Below are positions 28,833 to 39,149 of a DNA stretch of 64,000 bases, piece after piece. A program made the translations under genes and the position numbers. The stretch is from a virus, in IMG/VR virus record IMGVR_UViG_3300032516_000009, positions 32,001 through 96,000 of that record; one strand, 5' to 3'. Below the pieces are notes generated by a model. The model was given only the letters and a program-made list of their open reading frames with translations. It ran no database searches and was not told the origin of the DNA. Every line of letters begins with the position of its first letter. Position 1 is the stretch's first letter.

Positions 28833-29465
28833 TTATAGTGTTTTATGATACTCTTCGAAAATTTGTTGTACTATTGAGTTATTGTCTAATTCTTCAATAA
28901 ACGCTGGCACCTCTGATTCGTAGATCACATTCGGATCTGGTTCAAATTCGATATAAGGGGCGTCCATATCCATAATAAAATCACTATCTAAATAATGATC
29001 ATAAAAACCGCCTTTTACATGAAATGCATGGAATTTATGAGATGACTTATATTTATGTGATACATCACCAATATCTGTTATAATAATGTTTACTACTGGT
29101 ATTAGAAAACTATTGTGTGTCTTTATTTCCTCTTCTAAATCATCCACTAAATCTGGAGGTAAAGGGCTTGGGTCTGGGTTCCATTGAGCAGACCCGCCCC
29201 GATCATTTTTGGTATTAAAGATAATGTCATGATCTATTGGAATTCCTTTATACATCCCTTTTGCATGAACGGTAAACTCAAATTTTTTGTCATCTCGACG
29301 GAATCTATCAACCGTCAGACCGTCAATTTTGGCCGTAGGATTATGCAACATTATGGCGATGAGCGTTCTAAGATCTTTAGCTACCAAAGTTTTACTTGGT
29401 TTACAAGAATTATCAATCATTTTAGCAATCTGACGTAATCTATTTACAATTTGTGATGGTTGCAT
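28833..29465 (-). CDS. hypothetical protein with MQPSQ..LRQIA N-terminal module
   Basis: Shared N-terminus. Confidence 0.7.
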   Translation of the reverse strand: MQPSQIVNRLRQIAKMIDNSCKPSKTLVAKDLRTLIAIMLHNPTAKIDGLTVDRFRRDDKKFEFTVHAKGMYKGIPIDHDIIFNTKNDRGGSAQWNPDPSPLPPDLVDDLEEEIKTHNSFLIPVVNIIITDIGDVSHKYKSSHKFHAFHVKGGFYDHYLDSDFIMDMDAPYIEFEPDPNVIYESEVPAFIEELDNNSIVQQIFEEYHKTL

Positions 29466-29549
29466 AACAATTCGATATAATTAAAAATTGATGTAGCTTG
29501 GTATAGTTTGGTTAACCTTGGGAAGCACCCCAAGAAGTATGGAGACCAA

Positions 29550-31886
29550 ATGAAACCCTCATCTTTCAAGGTAGCAGAGTCATTATTCATCGTAAAACAA
29601 ATCGTTAGCAAAAAGGCCCCCGCGAAGCCGGTTGAAATACCGACAAATCACATCGCGGTAATAGACTGTTCCGGGTCAATGTCCTGGGATTTGCCGAAAA
29701 TCCGGGAACAGCTTAAGAAGAAATTACCAAAGATCCTTCGAGAGCAAGATACAATTTCAATAATCTGGTTCTCGGGCAGAAAAGAATTCGGTGTTTTGCT
29801 CGAGGCCGAACCCGTTGCAACATTAGTTGATCTGTCCAACGTCAACAAAGCTATCGACCGTTGGCTCAAACCCAATTGCCTTACAGGATTCAAAGAGCCG
29901 TTGGAAGAAGCCAAGGATCTTGTCGAACGTGTCAGTAAAAAGCGTAAAGGTAGCGTCTGTAACCTATTCTTTATGTCTGATGGTATGGATAACTGTTGGG
30001 GCCGTCCTGAAATACTAAAGGCCGTTGAACAAGCTGCTGGTGGACTGGCATCGGCTACCTTTGTTGAATATGGATACTATGCCGATCGTCCATTACTGAC
30101 GGCAATGGCCGAAAAAGCTGGCGGAACACTTATATTTAGTGAAGACTTCGATAAATACGCTCCATTATTCGAAGCTGCTATGCAGAAGAAGTTATCTGGA
30201 GCACTTCGCATCGAAGTGAAAGTCGACGGCGATCCTATTGGCGGATTCGTTTACGCACTCGTTGGCGGAGACCTCATGACTTTCTCCGTTACCGGAGATA
30301 CCGTGTCAGTTCCGGAGGATATGTCGGCCGTCTTCTATTTGTCTTCGTCCGCAATTGGTGCCGAGACTGAGATCGTATCGGTCTCAAAAAAGAAGGATAA
30401 AGCGGATGACGACGTCATGGCTCCTGCCTATGCAGCGGTGTCATTATTTAGTTTACGTATGAAATCTGACGTCGTCTTCCCGTTACTTAAGGCGCTCGGT
30501 GATATAGACTATATAGATCGCTTTAGTTCATGTTTCGGGAAGCAGCGATATTCAGAATTCATGGACGCGACCAAAGCTGCAGCATTTGATCCATCTAAAC
30601 GATTTACTAAGGGTTGGGATCCCAACAAGGTCCCGCGAGAAGATGCATTCACCATTCTCGAATTATTGCAGCTTTTGTCCAAAGATGACGGGAATCGGGT
30701 TCTACTCGATCATCCAGACTTCAAGTATAGCCGTATTGGACGTGGGCGTGTTGATGCTAGCACACAGTTAACTGAAGCGGAAATCGAGGAAATCCAGAAG
30801 CTCACTCTCCGCATCGCAGCTGAGCGTGACGTCAAGAAATTGAAGATTCTTCAGGAGCAACTCGCTGACATCACGGATAAGAAATCAGACGCGCTCAAAT
30901 TTGAAACTGATCCGGCTCCAGATGGTTATCCAATTTCTTCCCTTACGTTCAATGAAGAGCGGCCCAATGTCAGCTTCCTGGTCAAGAAACCCGGGGTTGT
31001 TGATATTTCGAGCCGAGTCCCGAAAGAATTCAAAGGAAAGATTCCAGAGAAATTCCAGACGTTCATCTACCGTAACTACACGGTGGTAAAGGATGGACTT
31101 GTCAACGTCGAATTCCTTCCGGTTAAAGTTACCGCGGAAACCCTGGATAAATTGGTAGAAGCAGGAGTGATCGACAAGGATCACGTTAAAAATTTCAAGC
31201 TTTGTGATTCCATCACGATTAACCTTAGAGATCTTCCTATCATCAACCGTAAGATGGTGAAGGCTACGAGTGCAAAGACGCTGTTTGAACTCGAGTACGA
31301 GCTTACTAAAGCCCGCGCTGCTCAGAAAGTTTATAATAGCGTCAAAAAAGAGAAGTTCCCGCGTAAAGCCGAAGGCTTCGTTGTCATGTATGGGGACGAC
31401 GCAGCGAAATGGCTCAAAGAGCATGGTTTCACCGACTATTCAGGATTTTCGCCTAAGACCGTCCAGGCGGAAGCTACGGACTTCTATCTTGGAAAATGTC
31501 TAGAAATTTCTCTTAAGGGGTTATCAACTCTCCCATCACTCAAAGATCTGCATGAACAAATTAAAAAGAATAAACTGAATGCATGCGGCCGGCTTATGAA
31601 ACCCCATCTTGATCGTATCGAGTCTTTTTTGGCCAGTGATATTTATAATAAGGCAGCGGATAAAGATGGTGTTTTTGAAGCATGGCTAGACGGAGAAGCC
31701 AAATCGGTAAGACAGCAAACGCAGACGCTTATTTATCAAGTTGCCCAAACCACGTTCTGCTTGATTGTCGGACAGATATGGCCAATAGAATTCTCCAGTT
31801 TGGATGAGAATTCCATGACCATCGATTTCGATGGCCAAAAGATTGTATGTTCGATGAATTTGAAAGAAATTCAAATTAAGATTTAA
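29550..31886 (+). CDS. vWA-domain protein
   Basis: MIDAS IDCSGSM, T, FFMSDG; GGAG before ATG 29550. Confidence 0.85.
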   Translation: MKPSSFKVAESLFIVKQIVSKKAPAKPVEIPTNHIAVIDCSGSMSWDLPKIREQLKKKLPKILREQDTISIIWFSGRKEFGVLLEAEPVATLVDLSNVNKAIDRWLKPNCLTGFKEPLEEAKDLVERVSKKRKGSVCNLFFMSDGMDNCWGRPEILKAVEQAAGGLASATFVEYGYYADRPLLTAMAEKAGGTLIFSEDFDKYAPLFEAAMQKKLSGALRIEVKVDGDPIGGFVYALVGGDLMTFSVTGDTVSVPEDMSAVFYLSSSAIGAETEIVSVSKKKDKADDDVMAPAYAAVSLFSLRMKSDVVFPLLKALGDIDYIDRFSSCFGKQRYSEFMDATKAAAFDPSKRFTKGWDPNKVPREDAFTILELLQLLSKDDGNRVLLDHPDFKYSRIGRGRVDASTQLTEAEIEEIQKLTLRIAAERDVKKLKILQEQLADITDKKSDALKFETDPAPDGYPISSLTFNEERPNVSFLVKKPGVVDISSRVPKEFKGKIPEKFQTFIYRNYTVVKDGLVNVEFLPVKVTAETLDKLVEAGVIDKDHVKNFKLCDSITINLRDLPIINRKMVKATSAKTLFELEYELTKARAAQKVYNSVKKEKFPRKAEGFVVMYGDDAAKWLKEHGFTDYSGFSPKTVQAEATDFYLGKCLEISLKGLSTLPSLKDLHEQIKKNKLNACGRLMKPHLDRIESFLASDIYNKAADKDGVFEAWLDGEAKSVRQQTQTLIYQVAQTTFCLIVGQIWPIEFSSLDENSMTIDFDGQKIVCSMNLKEIQIKI

Positions 31887-31934
31887 TTTGATGTGGACAA
31901 TATTCATATAGACCTTTGGACATATTGCAATTAG

Positions 31935-32021
31935 CGGAGGAAGTAGGATTCGAACCCACGGTAGACTTACGCCTACAACGGTTTTCAAAACCGTCGCCTT
32001 CGACCACTCGGCCATTCCTCC
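31935..32021 (-). tRNA. tRNA-Ser(TGA)
   Basis: Type II, loop TTTGAAA. Confidence 0.93.
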
Positions 32022-32030
32022 AATTATTCG

Positions 32031-32113
32031 CGGAGGGAAGAGGAATCGAACCTCGTGCCTTGCGGCACCCCGGGATTTCCAATCCCGTTACCGACCAATC
32101 AGAGGTACCCTCC
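32031..32113 (-). tRNA. tRNA-Ser(GGA), atypical D arm
   Basis: Type II, loop TTGGAAA. Confidence 0.8.
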
Positions 32114-32120
32114 TTTCTAG

Positions 32121-32193
32121 AGCGAACGACGGGGTACGATCCCGTGACCTCAACTTTGGGAAAGTTGTGCTCTACCAACTGAGCTACGTTCGC
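32121..32193 (-). tRNA. tRNA-Gly(CCC)
   Basis: Loop TTCCCAA, T loop ATCGTAC. Confidence 0.9.
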
Positions 32194-32267
32194 AAAATTT
32201 TTTGACAGTGGTTCCACTTATATTAAATTCTCTACCGACCAGAGTGTAATTTTGCATTTTCAAGTAC

Positions 32268-32346
32268 ATGGGTAAACCACTGTCCCTCCAATTAGATCAC
32301 AAGAACGGCGATCATCATGACAATAGAGTTTCAAATCTGAGATTTA
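32268..32346 (+). pseudogene. HNH endonuclease remnant
   Basis: MGKPLSLQLDHKNGDHHDNRVSNLRF, same motif as the HNHs at 21827, 42994 and 51072. Confidence 0.75.
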
Positions 32347-32347
32347 G

Positions 32348-32419
32348 AGCGGCCTGCGAGTAACGATCTCGCCTCTTTAGGTTGGAAACCTAAGGCCCAT
32401 CCGTCTAGACCAAGGCCGC
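32348..32419 (-). tRNA. tRNA-Gly(TCC)
   Basis: Loop TTTCCAA, T loop ATCGTTA. Confidence 0.85.
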
Positions 32420-32436
32420 AGAGTCTTTGATCTACT

Positions 32437-33108
32437 TTACTTTAAAAAATCTTTATCAAGATAAGCTGGATCTATTCTTTGTATTTCAGCTAAAGCATAG
32501 TCAACTTCTTTGTTTCCCCGAAGTTTCACAAGAGTAGAGACCGCTATTTTTATAGCTGTGGTGATATTATGACGAGAATTGTTGCTGTTATTTATGGCTC
32601 CAGCTAATCTCTCTTTAATCTGTGTTTCCTGCCTTTTTGATGCTAAATATTCACGCATTATTTGATAACGCACCATCTCTATTCTATTTTCAGCTGCAAT
32701 TCTCTGTTGCTCAAGTTCAAAACGCTGTGTCAAAGTCAGGGTTTCTAGTAATAACTGTTCTTCTGTTTTAGCATGCTGCTGTTCTATTTTTTTATTTCTA
32801 TCAGATGCCCTATCATCTGCATATTCCTGCATCAACTCTATTTCTTCTTCTGGAATGCCTTTAAATTCAGCTTCCGGCAGAATCGTTTTACAAATAACTC
32901 TTCCTCTAACATATTTACCAACTAATACAATGTCAGGATTAGATATTTGCCATTGATTATCACCATTAATTGTTTTTTGCTTTAACGGAACGGCATCAAG
33001 CGAACGTCTAATTAATAATGATTTCGCTTCATTAAACGACATCTCAGGAGCATGTCGTTGAACGAAACGTTCAACAGCATGATCACTTATGACAATGTCT
33101 CCGATCAT
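32437..33108 (-). CDS. hypothetical protein (ISDHAVERF N-terminal domain plus coiled coil)
   Basis: Start trimmed to lie downstream of tRNA-Val. Confidence 0.6.
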   Translation of the reverse strand: MIGDIVISDHAVERFVQRHAPEMSFNEAKSLLIRRSLDAVPLKQKTINGDNQWQISNPDIVLVGKYVRGRVICKTILPEAEFKGIPEEEIELMQEYADDRASDRNKKIEQQHAKTEEQLLLETLTLTQRFELEQQRIAAENRIEMVRYQIMREYLASKRQETQIKERLAGAINNSNNSRHNITTAIKIAVSTLVKLRGNKEVDYALAEIQRIDPAYLDKDFLK

Positions 33109-33113
33109 GATAG

Positions 33114-33186
33114 TAGGTCCGGCCAGGATCGAACTGACGACATCTACCGTGTAGGGGTAGCACTCTACCGACTGAGTTACGGACCC
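33114..33186 (-). tRNA. tRNA-Val(TAC), C33
   Basis: Loop CCTACAC. Confidence 0.88.
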
Positions 33187-33272
33187 GTAGCGCAATAGCG
33201 AAACATTCATGTCCCCTATTCAGTATGAATTTGACTTGAAATTTACATCTAGATAAATGTAATTTTCGCTAG

Positions 33273-33348
33273 TGGGACAGGGCAGGATTGAACTGCCGAC
33301 CTCGACCTTATCAGGATCGCGCTCTGAAACCAACTGAGCTACTGTCCC
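33273..33348 (-). tRNA. tRNA-Ile(GAT)
   Basis: Loop CTGATAA. Confidence 0.93.
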
Positions 33349-33355
33349 GTGAGTT

Positions 33356-33904
33356 TTATATAACATGTGGTATTATCCATAAAGACCGTGGAAAATTTTG
33401 CAATTTTTCTCGCATCTTAACAAACGCAGAGTTGATTTTATTAGTTGGTACTACACCGCCATGAATCTCTCCATGACAATTATGGCATATTAATATACAT
33501 TTCTTCATTTCTGCTAGAACTCGGCTGAATGATAACTGAAAACCACGTTCTGATATTGAAAAAGATTTGTCTTTTATATTTACATGATGAAATGATAAAC
33601 TACCGTTATACTTAAAATATCCACATATAAAACATTTTCCGCCCAAGTGTGCTACACAATTTGATTTTCTTCCCTCTCTAAGAATTCTTGTATAATCAAC
33701 ACCATTTGATTCTTTGAAACGCCAATATCTATTTCTAGCTTGTGTCGCTCTGTCTGCCTTTAGTTGTGTTATTTCTCGTTTTGGGTGTGGAAACTGACCA
33801 AATGGCAAACACTTTAAGCATTTCTTCCTGTTTTTCAGGTTATGGCTTTTCTCGCCAATTTTTATTCTGTACGGAATATAATTACCGCATGCACATGTTC
33901 TCAT
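33356..33904 (-). CDS. HNH homing endonuclease
   Basis: GGKCFICGY...LSFHH...KCILICHNCHGEIH. Confidence 0.88.
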   Translation of the reverse strand: MRTCACGNYIPYRIKIGEKSHNLKNRKKCLKCLPFGQFPHPKREITQLKADRATQARNRYWRFKESNGVDYTRILREGRKSNCVAHLGGKCFICGYFKYNGSLSFHHVNIKDKSFSISERGFQLSFSRVLAEMKKCILICHNCHGEIHGGVVPTNKINSAFVKMREKLQNFPRSLWIIPHVI

Positions 33905-33943
33905 ATTTCCATGTGCTATAAAACACCTACCATTAAGCTATAG

Positions 33944-34013
33944 AGCAGCTGCGGGGAATCGAACCCCGATCATCAGAGTGGCACTCTGAGTTCGTCACCA
34001 TCCGATCAGCTGC
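33944..34013 (-). tRNA. tRNA-Gly(GCC), compact D arm
   Basis: Acceptor GCAGCTG/CAGCTGC, loop GTGCCAC. Confidence 0.75.
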
Positions 34014-34071
34014 CAATGAAGGGTCGCCACCTGTAATTTGAGCGCTACAGGCGGAGCCTTTGACGACCCAG

Positions 34072-34143
34072 AGCTGACGGCGAGATTTGAACTCGCGGCC
34101 TTCGCCTTACCAAGGCGCTGCACCACCACTGTGCTACGTCAGC
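34072..34143 (-). tRNA. tRNA-Thr(GGT)
   Basis: Loop TTGGTAA. Confidence 0.9.
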
Positions 34144-34236
34144 AAGCGCACTGTCAATTACTTCATAGGCGCCTACTTTTCATCGACTTCTTCTGGACAG
34201 TTAAGACCAACCGTCACCGCCAGTGCGTTGGCGCGG

Positions 34237-34308
34237 TGGAGCTGAAGGGGTACGATCCCTCGACTCAGGCTTGCAAAGCCTGCGCTCTCCCAACTGAGCT
34301 ACAGCCCC
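34237..34308 (-). tRNA. tRNA-Ala(TGC)
   Basis: G3:U70, loop TTTGCAA. Confidence 0.9.
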
Positions 34309-34314
34309 GAATTG

Positions 34315-34388
34315 TGGACCTGGCCGGACTTGAACCGGCGACCTCCTGACTGCCAGTCAGACGCTACTCCCAACTGAGCTACAGGCCC
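34315..34388 (-). tRNA. tRNA-Ala(GGC)
   Basis: G3:U70, loop CTGGCAG. Confidence 0.92.
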
Positions 34389-34393
34389 ATTTG

Positions 34394-34466
34394 TGGATCG
34401 ACCGGGATTCGAACCCGGATTTGATCGCTGCGAACGATCTGTGCTGCCCATTATCACTATCGACCC
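34394..34466 (-). tRNA. tRNA-Ala(CGC)
   Basis: G3:U70, loop TTCGCAG. Confidence 0.88.
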
Positions 34467-34468
34467 AT

Positions 34469-34542
34469 TGGCAGACGGTGAAGGAATCGAACCCTCTCGA
34501 CGCGAGATTTGGAATCTCGCCGGCTGCCTTAGCCTACCGCCT
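34469..34542 (-). tRNA. tRNA-Trp(CCA)
   Basis: Loop TTCCAAA, CCA end. Confidence 0.85.
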
Positions 34543-34696
34543 TTAATAACCGATACCACCCCTGTTCACGGGCAGTTATCCCCCTAATTGCAGCCATCTT
34601 GATCTTCCGATGGCTAAAATCTTTGGATTTTCTATGACAAATAGACTATGAATTGGGTCTTGTAATTGGGTTATCAACCCGATATATGGAGTAGCT

Positions 34697-35110
34697 ATGA
34701 CCACCCCCGCAACATTAACTGCGCAATTAACCTATACTCCGCCTGGCGGCGGGGCAAATGCCGGTGTTGAGCCATTGGGTTTAGCCCCAACTTATTTAGT
34801 AATGAATGCGGCCATACTGGATGTTCCGGGTCTTACTGCTGCCGTTACTACATTCAATGTTCCTTTCGGTAGCGTCAGCAAACCAAAGATGGTTGTCATA
34901 AAGAATAAAGTGGGTCAGGCCATGAGTCTTGTGCTCAATGGGGCGCCCACCACTATTGATATACCAACAAATGGTGAATTCATTTTTGGAGCACCACTCG
35001 TTCTTGCTGCTCCTGCCACCGGGTTTATGACATCAGTCGCTTTAATCACCACAGATACTCAGGGTGCAACGGCGGGTTATATTGAAACCTTTGTATTTGG
35101 CGACGAGTAG
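34697..35110 (+). CDS. putative virion structural beta-sandwich protein
   Basis: Paralog of the next gene (YTPPGGG, VPFGSVS, VIKN, FVFG). Confidence 0.6.
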   Translation: MTTPATLTAQLTYTPPGGGANAGVEPLGLAPTYLVMNAAILDVPGLTAAVTTFNVPFGSVSKPKMVVIKNKVGQAMSLVLNGAPTTIDIPTNGEFIFGAPLVLAAPATGFMTSVALITTDTQGATAGYIETFVFGDE

Positions 35111-35122
35111 GAGATTTGAATC

Positions 35123-35746
35123 ATGTCTAACGCAATATTGACAGCCTCTCTTGGTTATACTCCCCCTGGTGGCGGCTCTGGGAGTGCCACGGCAGTATTA
35201 ACTGCAACTGCTCCATATACAGCCGAGAGTATCGGTATTATGGACATTCCGGCTAGTACAATAGAAGGTGTAGAATTTCAGATCCCATTCGGTACAATTA
35301 GCGAAGCTTTTTGTCTAGTTATTAAAAATACCAATAGTCAGAGCATGGGTGTTCGTTTCAATGCAGTTGTGGGCGTTGGACCTGATGAATACCAAATGCC
35401 GCCTGGTGGTGAGTTAATTATCAATCATCCTGTTGGTGCTGGTACGACTGTTGCTGATGGTGTAACTAATACTGATGTATCATTCGTATCAGCAACAGCT
35501 GCATTCGTGACAGCCGATGAAACTAAACGAATCATCATAGCGGGAGCTGGCGCTGGTGGTACTGATCTGGATACCACAATCGATACAGTCACTAATCCAA
35601 CCACCATCATACTGACTGACCCCACTTCTTCTACTGATACCGATGTAACAGCCACATGGTCTACTCCTATGGCGAAAGCATCAGTAGTAACGACCGCCGT
35701 TCAAGGTGCTTCTGGAACTGTTCAATATTTCGTATTCGGTATATAA
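35123..35746 (+). CDS. putative virion structural protein, paralog with a Thr-rich insert
   Basis: YTPPGGG, IPFGTIS, VIKN, YFVFG. Confidence 0.6.
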   Translation: MSNAILTASLGYTPPGGGSGSATAVLTATAPYTAESIGIMDIPASTIEGVEFQIPFGTISEAFCLVIKNTNSQSMGVRFNAVVGVGPDEYQMPPGGELIINHPVGAGTTVADGVTNTDVSFVSATAAFVTADETKRIIIAGAGAGGTDLDTTIDTVTNPTTIILTDPTSSTDTDVTATWSTPMAKASVVTTAVQGASGTVQYFVFGI

Positions 35747-35753
35747 TATTTAG

Positions 35754-35826
35754 CGGGGATGACGGGGTACGATCCCGCAACCTCTGGATCGACAATCCAG
35801 CGCGCTGCCAATTGCGCCACATCCCC
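35754..35826 (-). tRNA. tRNA-Asp(GTC)
   Basis: Loop TTGTCGA, G73. Confidence 0.9.
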
Positions 35827-35950
35827 AAAAGCCGGTTTCGCAAGGTACGGGCCCGGCAACCCGATTTCTAAACACTCGTACCTAGACCCCAGCAAGTGGG
35901 TAACCTACGAGCGGCCTTGCTGAAGAAACTTTTTATATATTATATATAAT

Positions 35951-36712
35951 TTATTGCTCAATAAAACTATGGCATTTTGGATGAGTTTTTCGATATCTAG
36001 CTTTTGTTCTATTAGCTATGCATCGTTTACATCGGTAGAGAATATGCCCAGTATTTCGTACATATGTTTCATAGCATTCTGTAAATGGTACGAGTCCGTG
36101 TTTCCCACATGAAACGTACCCATCCACTTCTCTTCGGAAAGCAGAAGTGGCTTTAGAAAGTGCTAAGCGAGTAGCTTGAGAACACGGTTTACCGATTTGT
36201 TGTAACCTAATCTTCTCACGCCATTCCAACCACTCCGGTCTAGAAAACACTTCAGATAACGTAGCCGAGATTTTGGCTTTTACAATCGGATCATTAACTA
36301 TGGTACGCATCTTTTCTCCATGTTTTCGTCGATACTCAGGATCATTCCAGACATAATTCGGATCTCTCCACGGATTTTTTCGTTCTGGATTAGGTAGATA
36401 TTTACCGCCTTTTGCTAAATTAAATCCCTTTTCCGGATTCCTGGCATCATAAAATTCGATCCATTTTTCTTCAGCTAAATTGGCCGCTTCTAATGTATTA
36501 CATGTCTCCAATATTTCATGAGAAAATGCATCTTTCCCATATTTACGAATAGCATTCCAGAAATGAGCGCATCTTCTACCCATACCCCTCTTACATGCGT
36601 TGTAAACATGTTCATTCCAGCGTTGAAGCATGCGCTTCTTTGTTAATCCAACGTATTGACGTCCAGACTCAATATGAATATGACAATAAATTGTCCATTT
36701 TGAAGATTCCAT
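35951..36712 (-). CDS. GIY-YIG homing endonuclease
   Basis: TIYC...QYVG, RWNEH, AIRKYG, EEKWI, GFN. Confidence 0.88.
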   Translation of the reverse strand: MESSKWTIYCHIHIESGRQYVGLTKKRMLQRWNEHVYNACKRGMGRRCAHFWNAIRKYGKDAFSHEILETCNTLEAANLAEEKWIEFYDARNPEKGFNLAKGGKYLPNPERKNPWRDPNYVWNDPEYRRKHGEKMRTIVNDPIVKAKISATLSEVFSRPEWLEWREKIRLQQIGKPCSQATRLALSKATSAFRREVDGYVSCGKHGLVPFTECYETYVRNTGHILYRCKRCIANRTKARYRKTHPKCHSFIEQ

Positions 36713-37256
36713 TCTTAAACTGTACCAGATCAACAATCTTCAGAGAACGGCAGCACCGCATCCCCGTCTCATAAAATTGAAACGCTGGCTCATGAAAATC
36801 ATTTGATTTGTAGCAAGAACTGACGGCGTGAGCCCACCACCCGCCTTTTAAAGTATAAGGCCAGTCACGACCTTTACGTGAAATTACCCATTCTTCAACA
36901 TTTCCAATTAAGTCATAAACTCCGCTTGAGGTTCTACAATTAACATATGACCCTGACCTTGAACCCTGCCATAATTCATCATGTCGCCAATTTTTGGACC
37001 AAGGAATCCATTGTTTGTCGTTATTGCATGGTCCGCTAGAAATTTCGCAAGCGGTGTCCCATTCATATTCAGTGCAGAGCCGCTTACCACGCTCCTTACA
37101 CCATGTCTGAGCATCAATGGCTGATTGCATAACTAGCGGAAACGCCCCTTTAACATTGGGCGCTTCATATTTATCTATGCAAAAATATTTAATCGGGGCC
37201 ATGTCCGCTGGACAAAGCCCCAAAAAATTAACTACTACAGCGATTAAATCCCACAC
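36669..37256 (-). CDS. FGE/SUMF1-like (C-type lectin fold) protein
   Basis: CIDKYE, GKRLCTEYEW, GVYDLIGNVEEWV, KGGWW, GMRCC. Confidence 0.85.
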   Translation of the reverse strand: MWDLIAVVVNFLGLCPADMAPIKYFCIDKYEAPNVKGAFPLVMQSAIDAQTWCKERGKRLCTEYEWDTACEISSGPCNNDKQWIPWSKNWRHDELWQGSRSGSYVNCRTSSGVYDLIGNVEEWVISRKGRDWPYTLKGGWWAHAVSSCYKSNDFHEPAFQFYETGMRCCRSLKIVDLVQFKNGIFKMDNLLSYSY

Positions 37257-37345
37257 TCTAGTAGACTACATTCATCAAAGATTATAGCAGTTATAAGTTG
37301 GGTATCGAAATTATCGTTTTCAATTTCTTATTGCTATTTCTAAGT

Positions 37346-37969
37346 ATGGAGACAATAATTCTGACATGCGAAAAATGTGGCAAGATTTTCGAACGTAATG
37401 CATCATTGTATAGATCTGATATAAATCGAGGTCGGAGTAGAACGTTTTGTTCCAAATTATGCATCGGGATAACAGGCGCCCCACCTCTTAAGACTAAATG
37501 CGATAACTGTGGCAAAGAAATCATCAAAACACTTAAAGATGCCAAGAAGTCTTTAAGTGGTAGACATTATTGTTCTATCTCTTGTTCTGTATCAAAAAAT
37601 AATAAATATAGACTAAATAGGTCAAAAATACGAATCTGTATTGATTGTGGTTCTACATTTAATAAATGTAGAACCACAAGATGTTCTCATTGTCTTAAAG
37701 AATGGAGCAATAGATTATTGAAACGGAAAAAGTCAGAAGCTAATAGACAAGATATTGGTTCTCATGCTAGATACGTTGCCAATAAAAATGGGTTATTAGA
37801 AAAATGTATGATATGCGGATATTCATTTCATGTAGACACGTGTCATCGTAAGGCAGTTAGATCATTTCCTGGCGATACGTTAATTAGAGACATAAACAAC
37901 ATTTCAAATTTATTAGGATTGTGTAAAAACCATCACTGGGAATTCGATAATAAATTGTTAGCGCTCTAG
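37346..37969 (+). CDS. Zn-ribbon-rich HNH endonuclease
   Basis: FCSxxC repeats; CMICGY..HVDTCHR...NLLGLCKNHHWEFD. Confidence 0.8.
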   Translation: METIILTCEKCGKIFERNASLYRSDINRGRSRTFCSKLCIGITGAPPLKTKCDNCGKEIIKTLKDAKKSLSGRHYCSISCSVSKNNKYRLNRSKIRICIDCGSTFNKCRTTRCSHCLKEWSNRLLKRKKSEANRQDIGSHARYVANKNGLLEKCMICGYSFHVDTCHRKAVRSFPGDTLIRDINNISNLLGLCKNHHWEFDNKLLAL

Positions 37970-38104
37970 TGGGGGATTGGGACTCGAACCCAGTGCTTGT
38001 TAGGACCACATATTGCTTCCTTTAATGGGAAGCGAGGAATGGACCTGGGAGCTTGCGCTCCAGCTTGTATGGCTGGCGAGGGAACCACACCCTCTGTATC
38101 CCCC
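37970..38104 (-). ncRNA. oversized tRNA-like RNA G1 (135 nt) with the Y-like module in the variable region
   Basis: Acceptor GGGGGAT/ATCCCCC, D arm, CCAGC-CATACAA-GCTGG, inserted module, T arm TGGG-TTCGAGT-CCCA. Confidence 0.8.
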
Positions 38105-38108
38105 GAAC

Positions 38109-38234
38109 GAGATCAGAGATTGGTTGAACGTTCGAGACGTGGTACTTTTGGTTTTGTGCTCCACATTGAGAGCACAAAGGCTGACTTAGACAGTTAGCTT
38201 GTTAGCACCACAAATTGAACGCCCAACTGATCTC
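38109..38234 (-). ncRNA. Y-RNA-like RNA A
   Basis: GGCGTTC AATTT GTGGTGCT AACAAGC...AGTACCAC GTCTC GAACGTT. Confidence 0.75.
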
Positions 38235-38268
38235 CTACTCCGTGACGTGATCTGTCCGTCGCTTTTCC

Positions 38269-38297
38269 ACTTTACACTTGAAAAACCCAAGTGTCAA
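38269..38297 (-). promoter_or_regulatory. promoter upstream of RNA A/G1
   Basis: TTGACA-17 nt-TAAAGT, the latter preceded by TG. Confidence 0.55.
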
Positions 38298-38308
38298 GTG
38301 TCAAAAAA

Positions 38309-38436
38309 TTTGGTGTCCGAGATGCGGCGCTGGACTTGGTTGCAATACCGGGTTTGAACCGGCGACTTTCTGTACCAAAACAGATGCCCTACCAACTGGG
38401 CGAATTGCGTGTTAGCACCGCTAGTTGGACACCGAA
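38309..38436 (-). ncRNA. Y-RNA-like RNA B with an embedded Pro-like cloverleaf
   Basis: GTGTCC AACTA GCGGTGCT AACAC + D, anticodon and T arms + ACCA + AGCGCCGC ATCTC GGACAC. Confidence 0.8.
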
Positions 38437-38534
38437 AATATTTTACACCGAGACTGGTTTATTACGCAAGGTGTAGCGAAATAGTGGAATCGAATAAATT
38501 CCCAACATTTCGACTTTTAATTCTTGCTACAGGT

Positions 38535-39149
38535 ATGAAAATGATTACTCTAGTATGTACGGGATGTGGGAAAAATTTCCAACGAAGAGAATCGTGTTAC
38601 AAAGCAAACATAGCTCGTGGAAGAATTAAAGTTTACTGTTCGAGAATTTGTCTAGGGGAGTCTCAACGGGTTCCGATAGCTGAGATTGAATGTAAAAACT
38701 GTGGAAAAATAATAGATAGATTAAATAAAGATGTGAACAGGTCTAAAAATCATTTCTGTTCGATATCATGTTCTACAGTATATAACAATAAACATCGTCA
38801 ACATAAATTATATACATGTGCATGCGGTACTAAATTCATTAGACATAATGGAAGTATAAAATGCAACAAATGTATAGAAACATGGAAAAATAGATTGTTA
38901 AAACGAGAAAAATCTAAAGTCGCTAAACGCGATATTACAGGCAGTGCAAGAATAATAGCAAAAAAACATGGGTTACTAAAACAATGTGCAGTTTGCAGTT
39001 ATTCTCTACATGTAGACGCGTGTCATCGTAGATCAATAAATTCATTCCCCGACAATACACTAATTCAAGAAATCAATAATGTAAAAAATCTAATTGGATT
39101 GTGTAAAAATCATCATTGGGAATTTGATCATGGACATCTTACAATTTAG
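38535..39149 (+). CDS. Zn-ribbon-rich HNH endonuclease, paralog of 37346
   Basis: HVDACHR...NLIGLCKNHHWEFD. Confidence 0.8.
   Translation: MKMITLVCTGCGKNFQRRESCYKANIARGRIKVYCSRICLGESQRVPIAEIECKNCGKIIDRLNKDVNRSKNHFCSISCSTVYNNKHRQHKLYTCACGTKFIRHNGSIKCNKCIETWKNRLLKREKSKVAKRDITGSARIIAKKHGLLKQCAVCSYSLHVDACHRRSINSFPDNTLIQEINNVKNLIGLCKNHHWEFDHGHLTI

Noticed and set aside
36669-37256. Diversity-generating retroelement target
   Set aside because: The FGE/CLec fold fits, but no template repeat or reverse transcriptase was seen in the window
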